DNA of 64,000 nt from NCBI RefSeq assembly GCF_001677475.2, contig NZ_CP015229.1; one strand, 5' to 3'. Source of the stretch: Escherichia coli (GTDB lineage: Bacteria; Pseudomonadota; Gammaproteobacteria; Enterobacterales; Enterobacteriaceae). Below the pieces are notes generated by a model, which did not search any database, was not told where the DNA came from, and worked only from the letters and a program-made list of their open reading frames with translations. The translations under genes were made by a program, and so were the position numbers. Positions 21,394 through 37,163 of the stretch are shown in pieces. Every line of letters starts with the position of its first letter. Position 1 is the stretch's first letter.

Positions 21394-22710
21394 ATGACGG
21401 CGATCGTAAATGAAACCGTGAGTGTGAAGAAAAAGCCCAGCGGTAAGCGGGTGATTTTTGCTTCGGCGTTTGGCAATGCGCTCGAATTTTTTGATTTTGG
21501 CGTTTACAACTTTTTTGTGGTCTATATCAGTACGCTTTTCTTCCCACCCAGCGCTGATCACAATGTCGCGCTGTTACTGGCATTTGCAACATTTGGCGTG
21601 AGTTTTTTTATGCGCCCGCTTGGTGGAATTATCGTCGGGGCCTGGGCCGATCGCTTCGGACGCAAACCCGCGATGGTGTTCACCATTGCCCTGATGAGCC
21701 TCGGTACACTGATGATCGGCATCGCACCGACGTATGAAACGGCGGGCTATTGGGGAACCGCGACGCTGGTGCTGGCGCGTCTAATTCAGGGCGTTGCGGC
21801 AGGAGGCGAAGTCGGTGCCTCAATGTCTTTGTTGGTTGAATCAGCTCCGGCAAATCGTCGCGGCTTTTACAGCAGTTGGTCACTGGCGACTCAAGGCCTG
21901 GCAACAACCTTTGGTGGTGTTGTCGCTTTAGGTTTAAGCGCATGGCTGCCCTTTGCGACAGGTTCAGAAACCGTAATGGCTGAATGGGGCTGGCGTGTGC
22001 CATTTTTTATTGGCGTGTTATTAGCACCTATCGGTTGCTGGTTGCGTCTGAGCCTGGAAAATGACGTACCTGAGCTAGTGCGCAATAAAAAAGCTGCTAC
22101 CAGCGAAAGCGCGTTCTCTCTGCTCCTGCAACATAAGGCGACTATCGTTAACGGCGTTTTACTCGCTATTGGTAGCACGGTCGCAACCTATATCTCCCTC
22201 TTTTATTACGGCACCTGGGCGGCGAAGTATCTGGCGATGCCTCAACATTATTCTCATGCAGCGATGTTACTGGCGGGCGTTATTACGTTTGTGGGTGCGC
22301 TGCTTGTGGGGATGTTGTGCGATTCGGTCGGGCGTAAAAAGCTGATTTTAATCTCCCGTGTGATGGTGCTGATCTGTAGCTGGCCGTCATTCTGGCTGTT
22401 GGTGAATTACCCAAGCCCTGGCATGTTGCTGACGGTGGTTTTCGTGATGGTCAGCTTTACCACGCTTGGCGGTGTGCCGGTAATGTTGCTGATCTCTGAA
22501 CTGTTGCCGAAACGGATTCGGGCATTGGGTTTTGCGCTGGTTTATAGCATTGGTGTGGCAATCTTTGGCGGTTTTGCTCAATATTTCGCTACGCAATCCA
22601 TCGTGTTGCTGGATAGTTTGACAGCTCCGGCGTGGTATTTGGGTGGAGGCACGTTGCTGTCGATGCTGGCGTTGTTGTACGTAAAAGAACCGGCCAAAGA
22701 ATTGCAGTAA
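21394..22710 (+). CDS. Major facilitator superfamily permease, metabolite:H+ symporter (MHS) type
   Basis: 438-aa hydrophobic ORF; [13 protein letters not shown] (GxxxDRxGRK) motif; 42 bp after the amidohydrolase, same strand. Confidence 0.8.
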   Translation: MTAIVNETVSVKKKPSGKRVIFASAFGNALEFFDFGVYNFFVVYISTLFFPPSADHNVALLLAFATFGVSFFMRPLGGIIVGAWADRFGRKPAMVFTIALMSLGTLMIGIAPTYETAGYWGTATLVLARLIQGVAAGGEVGASMSLLVESAPANRRGFYSSWSLATQGLATTFGGVVALGLSAWLPFATGSETVMAEWGWRVPFFIGVLLAPIGCWLRLSLENDVPELVRNKKAATSESAFSLLLQHKATIVNGVLLAIGSTVATYISLFYYGTWAAKYLAMPQHYSHAAMLLAGVITFVGALLVGMLCDSVGRKKLILISRVMVLICSWPSFWLLVNYPSPGMLLTVVFVMVSFTTLGGVPVMLLISELLPKRIRALGFALVYSIGVAIFGGFAQYFATQSIVLLDSLTAPAWYLGGGTLLSMLALLYVKEPAKELQ

Positions 22711-22816
22711 ATATGTTTTATTGCGTTACCGTTCATTCACAATACTGGAGCAATCCAGTATGTTCATTCTCTGGTATAGTGCCAGCAGTACTTTTGGCAA
22801 GGATTCAGACATCGTG

Positions 22817-23464
22817 ATGGGCGTAAGAGCGCAACAAAAAGAAAAAACCCGCCGTTCGCTGGTGGAAGCCGCATTTAGCCAATTAAGTGCTGAACGCAGC
22901 TTCGCCAGCCTGAGTTTGCGTGAAGTGGCGCGTGAAGCGGGCATTGCTCCCACCTCTTTTTACCGGCATTTCCGCGACGTAGACGAACTTGGTCTGACCA
23001 TGGTTGATGAGAGCGGTTTGATGCTGCGCCAACTCATGCGCCAGGCGCGTCAGCGTATTGCCAAAGGCGGGAGTGTGATCCGTACCTCGGTCTCCACATT
23101 TATGGAGTTCATCGGTAATAATCCGAACGCCTTCCGGTTATTATTGCGGGAACGCTCCGGCACTTCCGCTGCGTTTCGTGCCGCCGTTGCGCGTGAAATT
23201 CAGCACTTCATTGCGGAACTTGCGGACTATCTGGAACTCGAAAACCACATGCCTCGTGCGTTTACTGAAGCGCAAGCCGAAGCCATGGTGACGATTGTCT
23301 TCAGTGCGGGTGCCGAGGCGTTGGACGTCGGCGTCGAACAACGTCGGCAATTAGAAGAGCGACTGGTACTGCAACTGCGAATGATTTCGAAAGGGGCTTA
23401 TTACTGGTATCGCCGTGAACAAGAGAAAACCGCAACTATTCCGGGAAATGTGAAGGACGAGTAA
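22817..23464 (+). CDS. fabR: TetR-family repressor of unsaturated fatty acid biosynthesis
   Basis: ORF-track 22721..23464; start placed at ATG 22817 ([15 protein letters not shown].., 215 aa); alternative in-frame starts at 22721 and 22760 cannot be excluded. Confidence 0.85.
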
Positions 23465-23823
23465 TGAAACAAGCAAATCAAGATAGAGGTACGCTGCTGC
23501 TGGCGTTGGTTGCTGGCTTATCGATTAATGGTACTTTCGCAGCTCTGTTTAGCTCCATAGTGCCATTTTCTGTATTCCCGATTATTTCCCTGGTGCTGAC
23601 GGTTTACTGCCTGCATCAACGTTATCTTAATCGCACTATGCCGGTAGGCTTGCCGGGTCTGGCAGCTGCCTGTTTTATTCTCGGCGTACTGCTGTACAGC
23701 ACGGTAGTTCGTGCGGAATATCCGGATATCGGCTCTAACTTCTTCCCGGCAGTACTCTCCGTCATTATGGTGTTCTGGATTGGCGCGAAGATGCGTAACC
23801 GTAAGCAGGAAGTTGCTGAGTAA
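23464..23823 (+). CDS. yijD: Small inner-membrane protein
   Basis: 119-aa hydrophobic ORF; start overlaps the fabR stop (TAATG). Confidence 0.85.
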
Positions 23824-23833
23824 TCGGTATCAT

Positions 23834-23860
23834 GCCGGATGCTGGCGCATCCGGCATGGG
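23834..23860. terminator. Palindrome between convergent yijD and trmA (likely bidirectional terminator / REP-like)
   Basis: tgccggatgctggcgcatccggca inverted repeat. Confidence 0.45.
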
Positions 23861-23862
23861 TT

Positions 23863-24963
23863 TTACTTCGCGGTCAGTAATACGCCGCACTCCATATGGT
23901 GCGTGTAGGGGAACTGATCAAACAGAGCCAGACGTTCGACCTTGTGCGTCTGGCTTAATGTTTCCAGATTCTTGCATAACGTTTCCGGATTGCAGGAGAT
24001 ATACAGAATACGTGGATACGCCTGCACCATTTTCTCGGTTTCACTGTCCAGACCGCTGCGCGGTGGGTCGACAAAAATGGTTTCGCACTGATAACTCTTT
24101 AAGTCGATCCCTTGCAGGCGGTTAAACTCGCGCACACCATTCATCGCCTGAGTAAATTCTTCTGCCGCCATACGAATAATTTGTACGTTATCAATATGGT
24201 TAGCGGCAATGTTGTATTGCGCAGCAGCAACCGACGGCTTAGCGATTTCGGTGGCTAATACCCGATCAAAATTGCGCGCCAGTGCTAATGAAAAGTTACC
24301 GTTGCCGCAGTACAGCTCCAGTAAATCGCCTTTTGAGCCTTTGGTTACGTCCAGCGCCCATTCCAGCATCTGAATATTCATCGCCGCGTTCGGCTGGGTA
24401 AAGCTGTTTTCTACCTGACGGTAGATCATCTCTTTCCCTGCGACCGGCAGACGTTCATCGATGTAATCTTGATCCAGCTCGATTTTGGTTTTCGTTGCCC
24501 GACCAATCAGATGCACATTCAGATTCTGCGCTCGCAGTGCATCGCGCAGGGCTTCCGCTTCCTGACGCCACTCATCATCCAGCTTTTTATGGTACAGCAG
24601 GGAAACCACCGCCTGATTACTCAACGTAGTGAGGTAATCAATCTGGAACAACTTGTGGCGCAGAACGGGATTATTACGCACACCCGCAATCATCGCCGTC
24701 ATCAACTGGTTGATGAGTTCACTGGCAGCGGGGAAGCTATCCACGCGGATGCGGCTTTTGGTTTGTTGATCGAAAATGATGTGGTACAGGTCATCGCCAT
24801 CGTGCCAGATGCGGAACTCCGCGCGCATCCGGTAATGACTGACCGGCGAGCGAAACACTTCCGGAACCAGGTCAGAAAACGGTGCCATCATACTTTGCAA
24901 ACGTACCACTTTTTCGGCTAACTGCGCTTCATACTGTTCTGTTGGAAGGTGTTCGGGGGTCAT
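23863..24963 (-). CDS. trmA: tRNA (uracil54-C5)-methyltransferase
   Basis: 366-aa [26 protein letters not shown].. Confidence 0.95.
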
Positions 24964-25091
24964 GATGTATCCTGAAAAATTAAAGTACGCGGCGATTGTA
25001 GGGATTGCTCATCAGATGTCCAGATCTTGATGAATTCCTATTTGTGAGCTACGTCTGGACAGTAACTTGTTACAACCTGTAGCATCCACTT

Positions 25092-25331
25092 GCCGGTCCT
25101 GTGAGTTAATAGGGAATCCAGTGCGAATCTGGAGCTGACGCGCAGCGGTAAGGAAAGGTGCGATGATCGCGTTATGCGGACACTGCCATTCGGTGGGAAG
25201 TCATCATCTCTTAGTATCTTAGATACCCCTCCAAGCCCGAAGACCTGCCGGCCAACGTCGCATCTGGTTCTCATCATCGCGTAATATTGATGAAACCTGC
25301 GGCATCCTTCTTCTATTGTGGATGCTTTACA
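25092..25331 (+). promoter_or_regulatory. Adenosylcobalamin riboswitch in the btuB 5' leader
   Basis: About 240-nt leader GCCGGTCCTGTGAGTTAATAGGGAATCCAGTGCGAATCTGGAGCTGAC.. with B12-box-like CCCGAAGACCTGCCGGCC. Confidence 0.88.
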
Positions 25332-27176
25332 ATGATTAAAAAAGCTTCGCTGCTGACGGCGTGTTCTGTCACAGCCTTTTCCGCTTGGGCACAGGATACC
25401 AGCCCGGATACTCTCGTTGTTACTGCTAACCGTTTTGAACAGCCGCGCAGCACTGTGCTTGCACCAACCACCGTTGTGACGCGTCAGGATATCGACCGCT
25501 GGCAGTCGACCTCGGTCAATGATGTGCTGCGCCGTCTCCCTGGTGTGGATATCACCCAAAACGGCGGTTCAGGTCAGCTCTCATCTATTTTTATTCGCGG
25601 TACAAATGCCAGTCATGTGTTGGTGTTAATTGATGGCGTCCGCCTGAATCTGGCGGGGGTGAGTGGTTCTGCTGACCTTAGTCAGTTCCCTATTGCGCTT
25701 GTCCAGCGTGTTGAATATATCCGTGGGCCGCGCTCCGCTGTTTATGGTTCAGATGCAATAGGCGGGGTCGTGAATATCATCACGACGCGCGATCACCCCG
25801 GAACGGAAATTTCAGCAGGGTGGGGAAGCAATAGCTATCAGAACTATGATGTCTCTACACAGCAACAACTGGGGGATAAGACACGGGTAACGCTGTTGGG
25901 CGATTATGCCCATACTCATGGTTATGATGTTGTCGCCTATGGTAATACCGGAACGCAAGCGCAGCCAGATAACGATGGTTTTTTAAGTAAAACGCTTTAT
26001 GGCGCGCTGGAGCATAATTTTACTGATGTCTGGAGCGGCTTTGTGCGCGGCTATGGCTATGATAATCGTACTAATTATGACGCATATTATTCTCCCGGCT
26101 CGCCGCTGGTCGATACACGTAAACTCTATAGCCAAAGTTGGGATGCCGGACTGCGCTATAACGGCGAACTGATTAAATCACAACTCATTACCAGCTACAG
26201 CCATAGCAAAGATTACAACTACGATCCGCATTATGGTCGTTATGATTCGTCCGCGACGCTCGATGAGATGAAACAGTACACCGTCCAGTGGGCAAACAAT
26301 GTCATCGTTGGTCACGGTAGTATTGGTGCGGGTGTCGACTGGCAGAAACAGACTACGACGCCGGGTACAGGTTATGTTGAGGATGGATATGATCAACGTA
26401 ATACCGGCATCTATCTGACCGGGCTGCAACAAGTCGGCGATTTTACCTTTGAAGGCGCAGCACGCAGCGACGATAACTCACAGTTTGGTCGTCATGGAAC
26501 CTGGCAAACCAGCGTCGGTTGGGAATTCATCGAAGGTTATCGGTTTATCGCTTCTTATGGTACGTCGTACAAGGCACCTAATCTTGGGCAACTCTACGGC
26601 TTCTACGGTAATCCGGATCTGAACCCTGAGAAAAGCAAACAGTGGGAAGGGGCGTTTGAAGGCTTAACCGCTGGAGTGAACTGGCGTATTTCCGGATACC
26701 GTAACGATGTTAGTGACTTGATCGATTACGATGATCACACCCTCAAATACTACAATGAAGGGAAAGCGCGAATTAAGGGCGTCGAGGCGACCGCCAATTT
26801 TGATACCGGACCGCTGACGCATACGGTGAGTTATGATTATGTCGATGCGCGTAACGCGATTACCGACACGCCGTTGCTACGTCGCGCTAAACAGCAGGTG
26901 AAATATCAGCTCGACTGGCAACTGTATGACTTCGACTGGGGTATTACTTATCAGTATTTAGGCACTCGCTATGATAAGGATTACTCATCTTATCCTTATC
27001 AAACCGTTAAAATGGGCGGTGTGAGCTTGTGGGATCTTGCGGTTGCGTATCCGGTCACCTCTCACCTGACAGTTCGTGGTAAAATAGCCAACCTGTTCGA
27101 CAAAGATTATGAGACAGTCTATGGCTACCAAACTGCAGGACGGGAATACACCTTGTCTGGCAGCTACACCTTCTGA
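25332..27176 (+). CDS. btuB: TonB-dependent outer-membrane vitamin B12 receptor
   Basis: ORF-track 25287..27176 trimmed to Met at 25332 ([35 protein letters not shown]..), 614 aa; TonB box; C-terminal aromatic residue. Confidence 0.95.
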   Translation: MIKKASLLTACSVTAFSAWAQDTSPDTLVVTANRFEQPRSTVLAPTTVVTRQDIDRWQSTSVNDVLRRLPGVDITQNGGSGQLSSIFIRGTNASHVLVLIDGVRLNLAGVSGSADLSQFPIALVQRVEYIRGPRSAVYGSDAIGGVVNIITTRDHPGTEISAGWGSNSYQNYDVSTQQQLGDKTRVTLLGDYAHTHGYDVVAYGNTGTQAQPDNDGFLSKTLYGALEHNFTDVWSGFVRGYGYDNRTNYDAYYSPGSPLVDTRKLYSQSWDAGLRYNGELIKSQLITSYSHSKDYNYDPHYGRYDSSATLDEMKQYTVQWANNVIVGHGSIGAGVDWQKQTTTPGTGYVEDGYDQRNTGIYLTGLQQVGDFTFEGAARSDDNSQFGRHGTWQTSVGWEFIEGYRFIASYGTSYKAPNLGQLYGFYGNPDLNPEKSKQWEGAFEGLTAGVNWRISGYRNDVSDLIDYDDHTLKYYNEGKARIKGVEATANFDTGPLTHTVSYDYVDARNAITDTPLLRRAKQQVKYQLDWQLYDFDWGITYQYLGTRYDKDYSSYPYQTVKMGGVSLWDLAVAYPVTSHLTVRGKIANLFDKDYETVYGYQTAGREYTLSGSYTF

Positions 27177-27978
27177 ACCACGTCCCACCGTGCTGGTGTT
27201 TGACTCCGGCGTCGGTGGGTTGTCGGTCTATGACGAGATCCGGCATCTCTTACCGGATCTCCATTACATTTATGCTTTCGATAACGTCGCTTTCCCGTAT
27301 GGCGAAAAAAGCGAAGAGTTTATTGTTGAGCGAGTGGTGGCAATTGTCACCGCGGTGCAAGAACGTTATCCCCTTGCGCTGGCTGTGGTCGCTTGCAACA
27401 CTGCCAGTACCGTTTCACTTCCTGCATTACGCGAAAAGTTCGACTTCCCGGTTGTTGGTGTCGTGCCGGCGATTAAACCTGCTGCACGTCTGACGGCAAA
27501 TGGCATTGTCGGATTACTGGCAACCCGCGGAACAGTTAAACGTTCTTATACTCATGAGCTGATCGCGCGTTTCGCTAATGAATGCCAGATAGAAATGCTG
27601 GGCTCGGCAGAGATGGTTGAGTTGGCTGAAGCGAAGCTGCATGGCGAAGATGTTTCTCTGGATGCACTAAAACGTATCCTACGCCCGTGGTTAAGAATGA
27701 AAGAGCCGCCAGATACCGTTGTATTGGGTTGCACCCATTTCCCTCTACTACAAGAAGAACTGTTACAAGTGCTGCCAGAGGGAACCCGGCTGGTGGATTC
27801 TGGCGCAGCGATTGCTCGCCGAACGGCTTGGTTGTTAGAACATGAAGCCCCGGATGCAAAATCTGCCGATGCGAATATTGCCTTTTGTATGGCAATGACG
27901 CCAGAAGCTGAACAATTATTGCCCGTTTTACAGCGTTACGGCTTCGAAACGCTCGAAAAACTGGCAGTTTTAGGCTGA
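27121..27978 (+). CDS. murI: Glutamate racemase
   Basis: ORF-track 27109..27978 trimmed to ATG 27121 ([16 protein letters not shown]..), 285 aa; overlaps btuB 3' end by 56 bp. Confidence 0.93.
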   Translation: MATKLQDGNTPCLAATPSEPRPTVLVFDSGVGGLSVYDEIRHLLPDLHYIYAFDNVAFPYGEKSEEFIVERVVAIVTAVQERYPLALAVVACNTASTVSLPALREKFDFPVVGVVPAIKPAARLTANGIVGLLATRGTVKRSYTHELIARFANECQIEMLGSAEMVELAEAKLHGEDVSLDALKRILRPWLRMKEPPDTVVLGCTHFPLLQEELLQVLPEGTRLVDSGAAIARRTAWLLEHEAPDAKSADANIAFCMAMTPEAEQLLPVLQRYGFETLEKLAVLG

Positions 27979-28023
27979 TTTGGTTGAATGTTGCGCGGTC
28001 AGAAAATTATTTTAAATTTCCTC

Positions 28024-28060
28024 TTGTCAGGCCGGAATAACTCCCTATAATGCGCCACCA
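28024..28060 (+). promoter_or_regulatory. rrnB P1 promoter
   Basis: -35 TTGTCA (28024-28029), 16-bp spacer, -10 TATAAT (28046-28051), GC-rich discriminator; AT-rich UP element 27990-28020. Confidence 0.9.
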
Positions 28061-28142
28061 CTGACACGGAACAACGGCAAACACGCCGCCGGGTCAGCGG
28101 GGTTCTCCTGAGAATTCCGGCAGAGAAAGCAAAAATAAATGC

Positions 28143-28178
28143 TTGACTCTGTAGCGGGAAAGCGTATTATGCACACCC
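28143..28178 (+). promoter_or_regulatory. rrnB P2 promoter
   Basis: -35 TTGACT (28143-28148), 16-bp spacer, -10 TATTAT (28165-28170). Confidence 0.88.
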
Positions 28179-28209
28179 CGCGCCGCTGAGAAAAAGCGAA
28201 GCGGCACTG

Positions 28210-28221
28210 CTCTTTAACAAT
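28210..28221 (+). promoter_or_regulatory. boxA antitermination element of the rrn leader
   Basis: TGCTCTTTAACAA motif in the leader. Confidence 0.8.
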
Positions 28222-28351
28222 TTATCAGACAATCTGTGTGGGCACTCGAAGATACGGATTCTTAACGTCGCAAGACGAAAAATGAATACCAAGTCTCAAG
28301 AGTGAACACGTAATTCATTACGAAGTTTAATTCTTTGAGCATCAAACTTTT

Positions 28352-29893
<1,542 letters not shown>

Positions 29894-29978
29894 CCTTAAA
29901 GAACTGTGCTTTGCAGTGCTCACACAGATTGTCTGATAGAAAGTGAAAAGCAAGGCGTCTTGCGAAGCAGACTGATAC

Positions 29979-30054
29979 GTCCCCTTCGTCTAGAGGCCCA
30001 GGACACCGCCCTTTCACGGCGGTAACAGGGGTTCGAATCCCCTAGGGGACGCCA
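29979..30054 (+). tRNA. gltT: tRNA-Glu (UUC) in the 16S-23S spacer
   Basis: GTCCCCTTCGTCTAGAGGCCCAGGACACCGCCCTTTCACGGCGGTAACAGGGGTTCGAATCCCCTAGGGGACGCCA. Confidence 0.98.
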
Positions 30055-30247
30055 CTTGCTGGTTTGTGAGTGAAAGTCACCTGCCTTAATATCTCAAAAC
30101 TCATCTTCGGGTGACGTTTGAGATATTTGCTCTTTAAAAATCTGGATCAAGCTGAAAATTGAAACACTGAACAACGAAAGTTGTTCGTGAGTCTCTCAAA
30201 TTTTCGCAACACGATGATGAATCGAAAGAAACATCTTCGGGTTGTGA

Positions 30248-33150
<2,903 letters not shown>

Positions 33151-33243
33151 ACAACGCCGAAGCTGTTTTGGCGGATTGAGAGAAGATTTTCAGCCTGATA
33201 CAGATTAAATCAGAACGCAGAAGCGGTCTGATAAAACAGAATT

Positions 33244-33363
33244 TGCCTGGCGGCCGTAGCGCGGTGGTCCCACCTGACCCCATGCCGAACTCAGAAGTGA
33301 AACGCCGTAGCGCCGATGGTAGTGTGGGGTCTCCCCATGCGAGAGTAGGGAACTGCCAGGCAT
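33244..33363 (+). rRNA. rrfB: 5S ribosomal RNA
   Basis: TGCCTGGCGGCCGTAGCGCGGTGGTCCCACCTGACCCCATGCCGAACTCAG..GGAACTGCCAGGCAT; 120 nt. Confidence 0.99.
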
Positions 33364-33367
33364 CAAA

Positions 33368-33409
33368 TAAAACGAAAGGCTCAGTCGAAAGACTGGGCCT
33401 TTCGTTTTA
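33368..33409 (+). terminator. rrnB T1 terminator
   Basis: aaaacgaaaggctcagtcgaaagactgggcctttcgtttt hairpin plus T-run. Confidence 0.92.
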
Positions 33410-33544
33410 TCTGTTGTTTGTCGGTGAACGCTCTCCTGAGTAGGACAAATCCGCCGGGAGCGGATTTGAACGTTGCGAAGCAACGGCCCGGAGGGTGGCG
33501 GGCAGGACGCCCGCCATAAACTGCCAGGCATCAAATTAAGCAGA

Positions 33545-33575
33545 AGGCCCGGTCGGAAGACTGGGCCTTTTTGCG
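33545..33575 (+). terminator. rrnB T2 terminator (stem sequence differs from the K-12 version)
   Basis: aggcccggtcggaagactgggcct hairpin followed by TTTTT. Confidence 0.8.
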
Positions 33576-33665
33576 TTTCTACAAACTCTCCCTGTCGTCA
33601 TAACTACAAGCCATCCCCCCACAGATACGGTAAACTAGCCTCGTTTTTGCATCAGGAAAGCAGCT

Positions 33666-34694
33666 ATGAACCACTCCTTAAAACCCTGGAACACATTTGG
33701 CATTGATCATAATGCTCAGCACATTGTATGTGCCGAAGACGAACAACAACTACTCAATGCCTGGCAGCATGCAACCGCAGAAGGGCAACCCGTTCTTATT
33801 CTGGGTGAAGGAAGTAATGTACTTTTTCTGGAAGACTATCGCGGCACGGTGATCATCAACCGGATCAAAGGTATCGAAATTCATGATGAACCTGATGCGT
33901 GGTATTTACATGTAGGAGCCGGAGAAAACTGGCATCGCCTGGTAAAATACACTTTGCAGGAAGGTATGCCTGGTCTGGAAAATCTGGCATTAATTCCTGG
34001 TTGTGTCGGCTCATCACCTATCCAGAATATTGGTGCTTATGGCGTAGAATTACAGCGAGTTTGCGCTTATGTTGACTGTGTTGAACTGGCGACAGGCAAG
34101 CAAGTGCGCTTAACTGCCAAAGAGTGCCGTTTTGGCTATCGCGACAGTATTTTTAAACATGAATACCAGGACCGCTTCGCTATTGTAGCCGTAGGTCTGC
34201 GTCTGCCAAAAGAGTGGCAACCTGTACTAACGTATGGTGACTTAACTCGTCTGGATCCTACAACAGTAACGCCACAGCAAGTATTTAATGCGGTGTGTCA
34301 TATGCGCACCACCAAACTCCCTGATCCAAAAGTGAATGGCAATGCCGGTAGTTTCTTCAAAAACCCTGTTGTATCTGCCGAAATGGCTAAAGCATTACTG
34401 GCTCAATTTCCAACAGCACCAAATTACCCCCAGGTGGATGGTTCAGTAAAACTGGCAGCAGGTTGGCTTATCGATCAGTGCCAGCTAAAAGGGATGCAAA
34501 TGGGTGGGGCTGCGGTGCACCGTCAACAGGCGTTAGTTCTCATCAATGAAGGCAATGCAAAAAGCGAAGATGTGGTGCAACTGGCACACCATGTAAGACA
34601 AAAAGTGGGTGAAAAATTTAATGTCTGGCTTGAGCCTGAAGTTCGCTTTATTGGTGCATCAGGTGAAGTTAGCGCAGTGGAGACGATTTCATGA
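33666..34694 (+). CDS. murB: UDP-N-acetylenolpyruvoylglucosamine reductase
   Basis: 342-aa [24 protein letters not shown].. Confidence 0.95.
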   Translation: MNHSLKPWNTFGIDHNAQHIVCAEDEQQLLNAWQHATAEGQPVLILGEGSNVLFLEDYRGTVIINRIKGIEIHDEPDAWYLHVGAGENWHRLVKYTLQEGMPGLENLALIPGCVGSSPIQNIGAYGVELQRVCAYVDCVELATGKQVRLTAKECRFGYRDSIFKHEYQDRFAIVAVGLRLPKEWQPVLTYGDLTRLDPTTVTPQQVFNAVCHMRTTKLPDPKVNGNAGSFFKNPVVSAEMAKALLAQFPTAPNYPQVDGSVKLAAGWLIDQCQLKGMQMGGAAVHRQQALVLINEGNAKSEDVVQLAHHVRQKVGEKFNVWLEPEVRFIGASGEVSAVETIS

Positions 34695-35656
34695 AGGATA
34701 ATACCGTTCCGCTGAAATTAATCGCGCTGTTAGCGAATGGCGAATTTCACTCTGGTGAGCAGTTGGGTGAAACGTTAGGAATGAGCCGGGCGGCTATTAA
34801 TAAACACATTCAGACACTGCGTGACTGGGGCGTTGATGTCTTTACCGTTCCGGGTAAAGGATACAGCCTGCCTGAGCCTATCCAGTTACTTAATGCTGAA
34901 CAGATATTGGGTCAGCTGGATGGCGGTAGTGTAACTGTGCTGCCAGTGATTGACTCCACGAATCAGTACCTTCTTGATCGTATCGGAGAGCTTAAATCGG
35001 GCGATGCCTGCGTTGCAGAATACCAGCAGGCTGGCCGTGGTCGCCGGGGTCGGAAATGGTTTTCGCCTTTTGGCGCAAACTTATATTTGTCGATGTTCTG
35101 GCGTCTGGAACAAGGCCCGGCGGCGGCGATTGGTTTAAGTCTGGTTATCGGTATCGTGATGGCGGAAGTATTACGCAAGCTGGGTGCAGATAAAGTTCGT
35201 GTTAAATGGCCTAATGACCTCTATCTGCAGGATCGCAAGCTGGCAGGCATTCTTGTGGAGCTGACTGGCAAAACCGGCGATGCGGCGCAAATAGTCATTG
35301 GAGCCGGGATCAACATGGCAATGCGTCGTGTTGAAGAGAGTGTCGTTAATCAGGGGTGGATCACGCTGCAGGAAGCGGGGATCAATCTCGATCGTAATAC
35401 GTTGGCGGCCATGCTAATACGTGAATTACGCGCGGCGCTGGAACTCTTCGAACAAGAAGGATTGGTACCTTATCTTTCGCGCTGGGAAAAGCTGGATAAT
35501 TTTATTAATCGCCCAGTGAAACTTATCATTGGTGATAAAGAAATATTTGGCATTTCACGCGGAATAGACAAACAGGGCGCTTTATTGCTTGAGCAGGATG
35601 GAATAATAAAACCCTGGATGGGCGGTGAAATATCCCTGCGTAGTGCAGAAAAATAA
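34691..35656 (+). CDS. birA: Bifunctional biotin-[acetyl-CoA-carboxylase] ligase / biotin operon repressor
   Basis: 321-aa [30 protein letters not shown]..; ATGA overlap with murB. Confidence 0.95.
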   Translation: MKDNTVPLKLIALLANGEFHSGEQLGETLGMSRAAINKHIQTLRDWGVDVFTVPGKGYSLPEPIQLLNAEQILGQLDGGSVTVLPVIDSTNQYLLDRIGELKSGDACVAEYQQAGRGRRGRKWFSPFGANLYLSMFWRLEQGPAAAIGLSLVIGIVMAEVLRKLGADKVRVKWPNDLYLQDRKLAGILVELTGKTGDAAQIVIGAGINMAMRRVEESVVNQGWITLQEAGINLDRNTLAAMLIRELRAALELFEQEGLVPYLSRWEKLDNFINRPVKLIIGDKEIFGISRGIDKQGALLLEQDGIIKPWMGGEISLRSAEK

Positions 35657-35658
35657 GA

Positions 35659-35678
35659 AGGGGAGCATTAGCTCCCCT
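35659..35678. terminator. Shared hairpin between convergent birA and coaA
   Basis: aggggagcattagctcccct palindrome in the 27-bp intergenic gap. Confidence 0.55.
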
Positions 35679-35683
35679 GTAAA

Positions 35684-36634
35684 TTATTTGCGTAGTCTGA
35701 CCTCTTCTACCGCATGATTAGCACTTTTCGTCAGGATTAAACTGGCGCGCTCGCGAGTAGGTAGAATATTTTGCTTTAAGTTCAGCCAGTTGATCTCTTT
35801 CCACAATGTCATGGCTGTCTTAATCGCTTCTTCTTTAGTTAATTTCGCGTAGTTATGAAAATAGGAATCCGGGTCTGTAAAAGCCCCTTCGCGGAATTTC
35901 AGAAAACGGTTGATATACCACGTCTGAAGTAAGTCTTCCGGTGCATCAACATATATCGAAAAATCGACAAAATCAGAAACAAATACATGATGTGGATCGT
36001 GTGGATAATCCATCCCGCTCTGTAAGACATTTAACCCTTCAAGAATTAAAATATCAGGCTGAACAACAGTTTTATCTCCATCCGGGATCACATCATAAAT
36101 AAGATGCGAGTAAACAGGGGCTGTAACGTTTGGCACGCCGGATTTGAGATCGGAAACAAACTTCACCAGGCGATGCATATCATACGATTCCGGGAAGCCT
36201 TTCTTCTTCATCAGACCACGTTCTTTCAGAACCTGATTAGGGTGAAGGAAGCCATCTGTAGTGATCAGTTCAACACGACGATGTTCCGGCCAACGGCTTA
36301 ATAGCGCCTGCAATACACGGGCGGTTGTACTTTTCCCCACCGCGACACTACCAGCAATACTGATAATGTAAGGAATGCGTTGCCCGTTGGTACCAAGAAA
36401 CTGTTCCAGAACTGCCTGACGGCGCAGATTCGAGCTTATATAGAAGTTCAGCAAACGTGACAGAGGTAAATAGATCTCGGCAACTTCTTCTAACGAGAGA
36501 TCTTCATTAATACCTTTGAGACGGGCGATCTCATCTTCCGATAACGTCATAGGTACGGAATCACGCAGAGCTGCCCACTGGTTGCGGTCAAACTGTAGGT
36601 AAGGCGTCATTAACGTTTGCTCTTTTATACTCAT
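35684..36634 (-). CDS. coaA: Pantothenate kinase
   Basis: ORF-track 35684..36655 trimmed to Met at 36634 ([20 protein letters not shown]..), 316 aa; P-loop GSVAVGKST. Confidence 0.93.
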
Positions 36635-36951
36635 AAGCATGTTTCTGGCGGTCATAGCTCTATCGGCAAGCGATATTTGCCATGGCGCGTCACAGTTCTG
36701 TTGAATGGGTCAATGGGCAGGAGGGTAACACCAGATGGGGAGGAATAATAAGAAAAAATCTCTCCCAGGAAGCTATCGTTGAAAAGCAATGTGACAGATA
36801 TTCCATCCGATAAAAAGAATTATGGTTTAGCAGGAGCGCATTGTTGAGCACAATGATGTTGAAAAAGTGTGCTAATCTGCCCTCCATTCGGCTGTTTCTT
36901 CATCGTGTCGCATAAAATGTGACCAATAAAACAAATTATGCAATTTTTTAG

Positions 36952-36986
36952 TTGCATGAACTCGCATGTCTCCATAGAATGCGCGC
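36952..36986 (+). promoter_or_regulatory. Promoter of the thrU-tyrU-glyT-thrT-tufB operon
   Basis: -35 TTGCAT (36952-36957), 17-bp spacer, -10 TAGAAT (36975-36980), GCGC discriminator; AT-rich upstream tract. Confidence 0.75.
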
Positions 36987-36994
36987 TACTTGAT

Positions 36995-37070
<76 letters not shown>

Positions 37071-37078
37071 TCAAGTCC

Positions 37079-37163
<85 letters not shown>

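Larger units (their letters stand above)
19856..22816. other. Accessory two-gene module (amidohydrolase + permease) with AT-rich leader between sthA and fabR
   Basis: About 2.96 kb separates the sthA and fabR starts; leader 19921-20184 is visibly AT-rich; no integrase, IS or tRNA flank. Confidence 0.6.

Noticed and set aside
22721-22816. Longer FabR reading frame starting at 22721 or 22760
   Set aside because: The TetR-type helix-turn-helix begins shortly after the Met at 22817 and the upstream extension is hydrophobic and atypical. The 215-aa form is preferred, but the longer start is not excluded.
19856-22816. Possibility that the amidohydrolase/permease insert is a mobile element or part of a defence or toxin-antitoxin system
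   Set aside because: There is no integrase, transposase, terminal inverted or long direct repeats, or tRNA attachment site. Both genes have ordinary metabolic-family signatures and E. coli-like coding composition.
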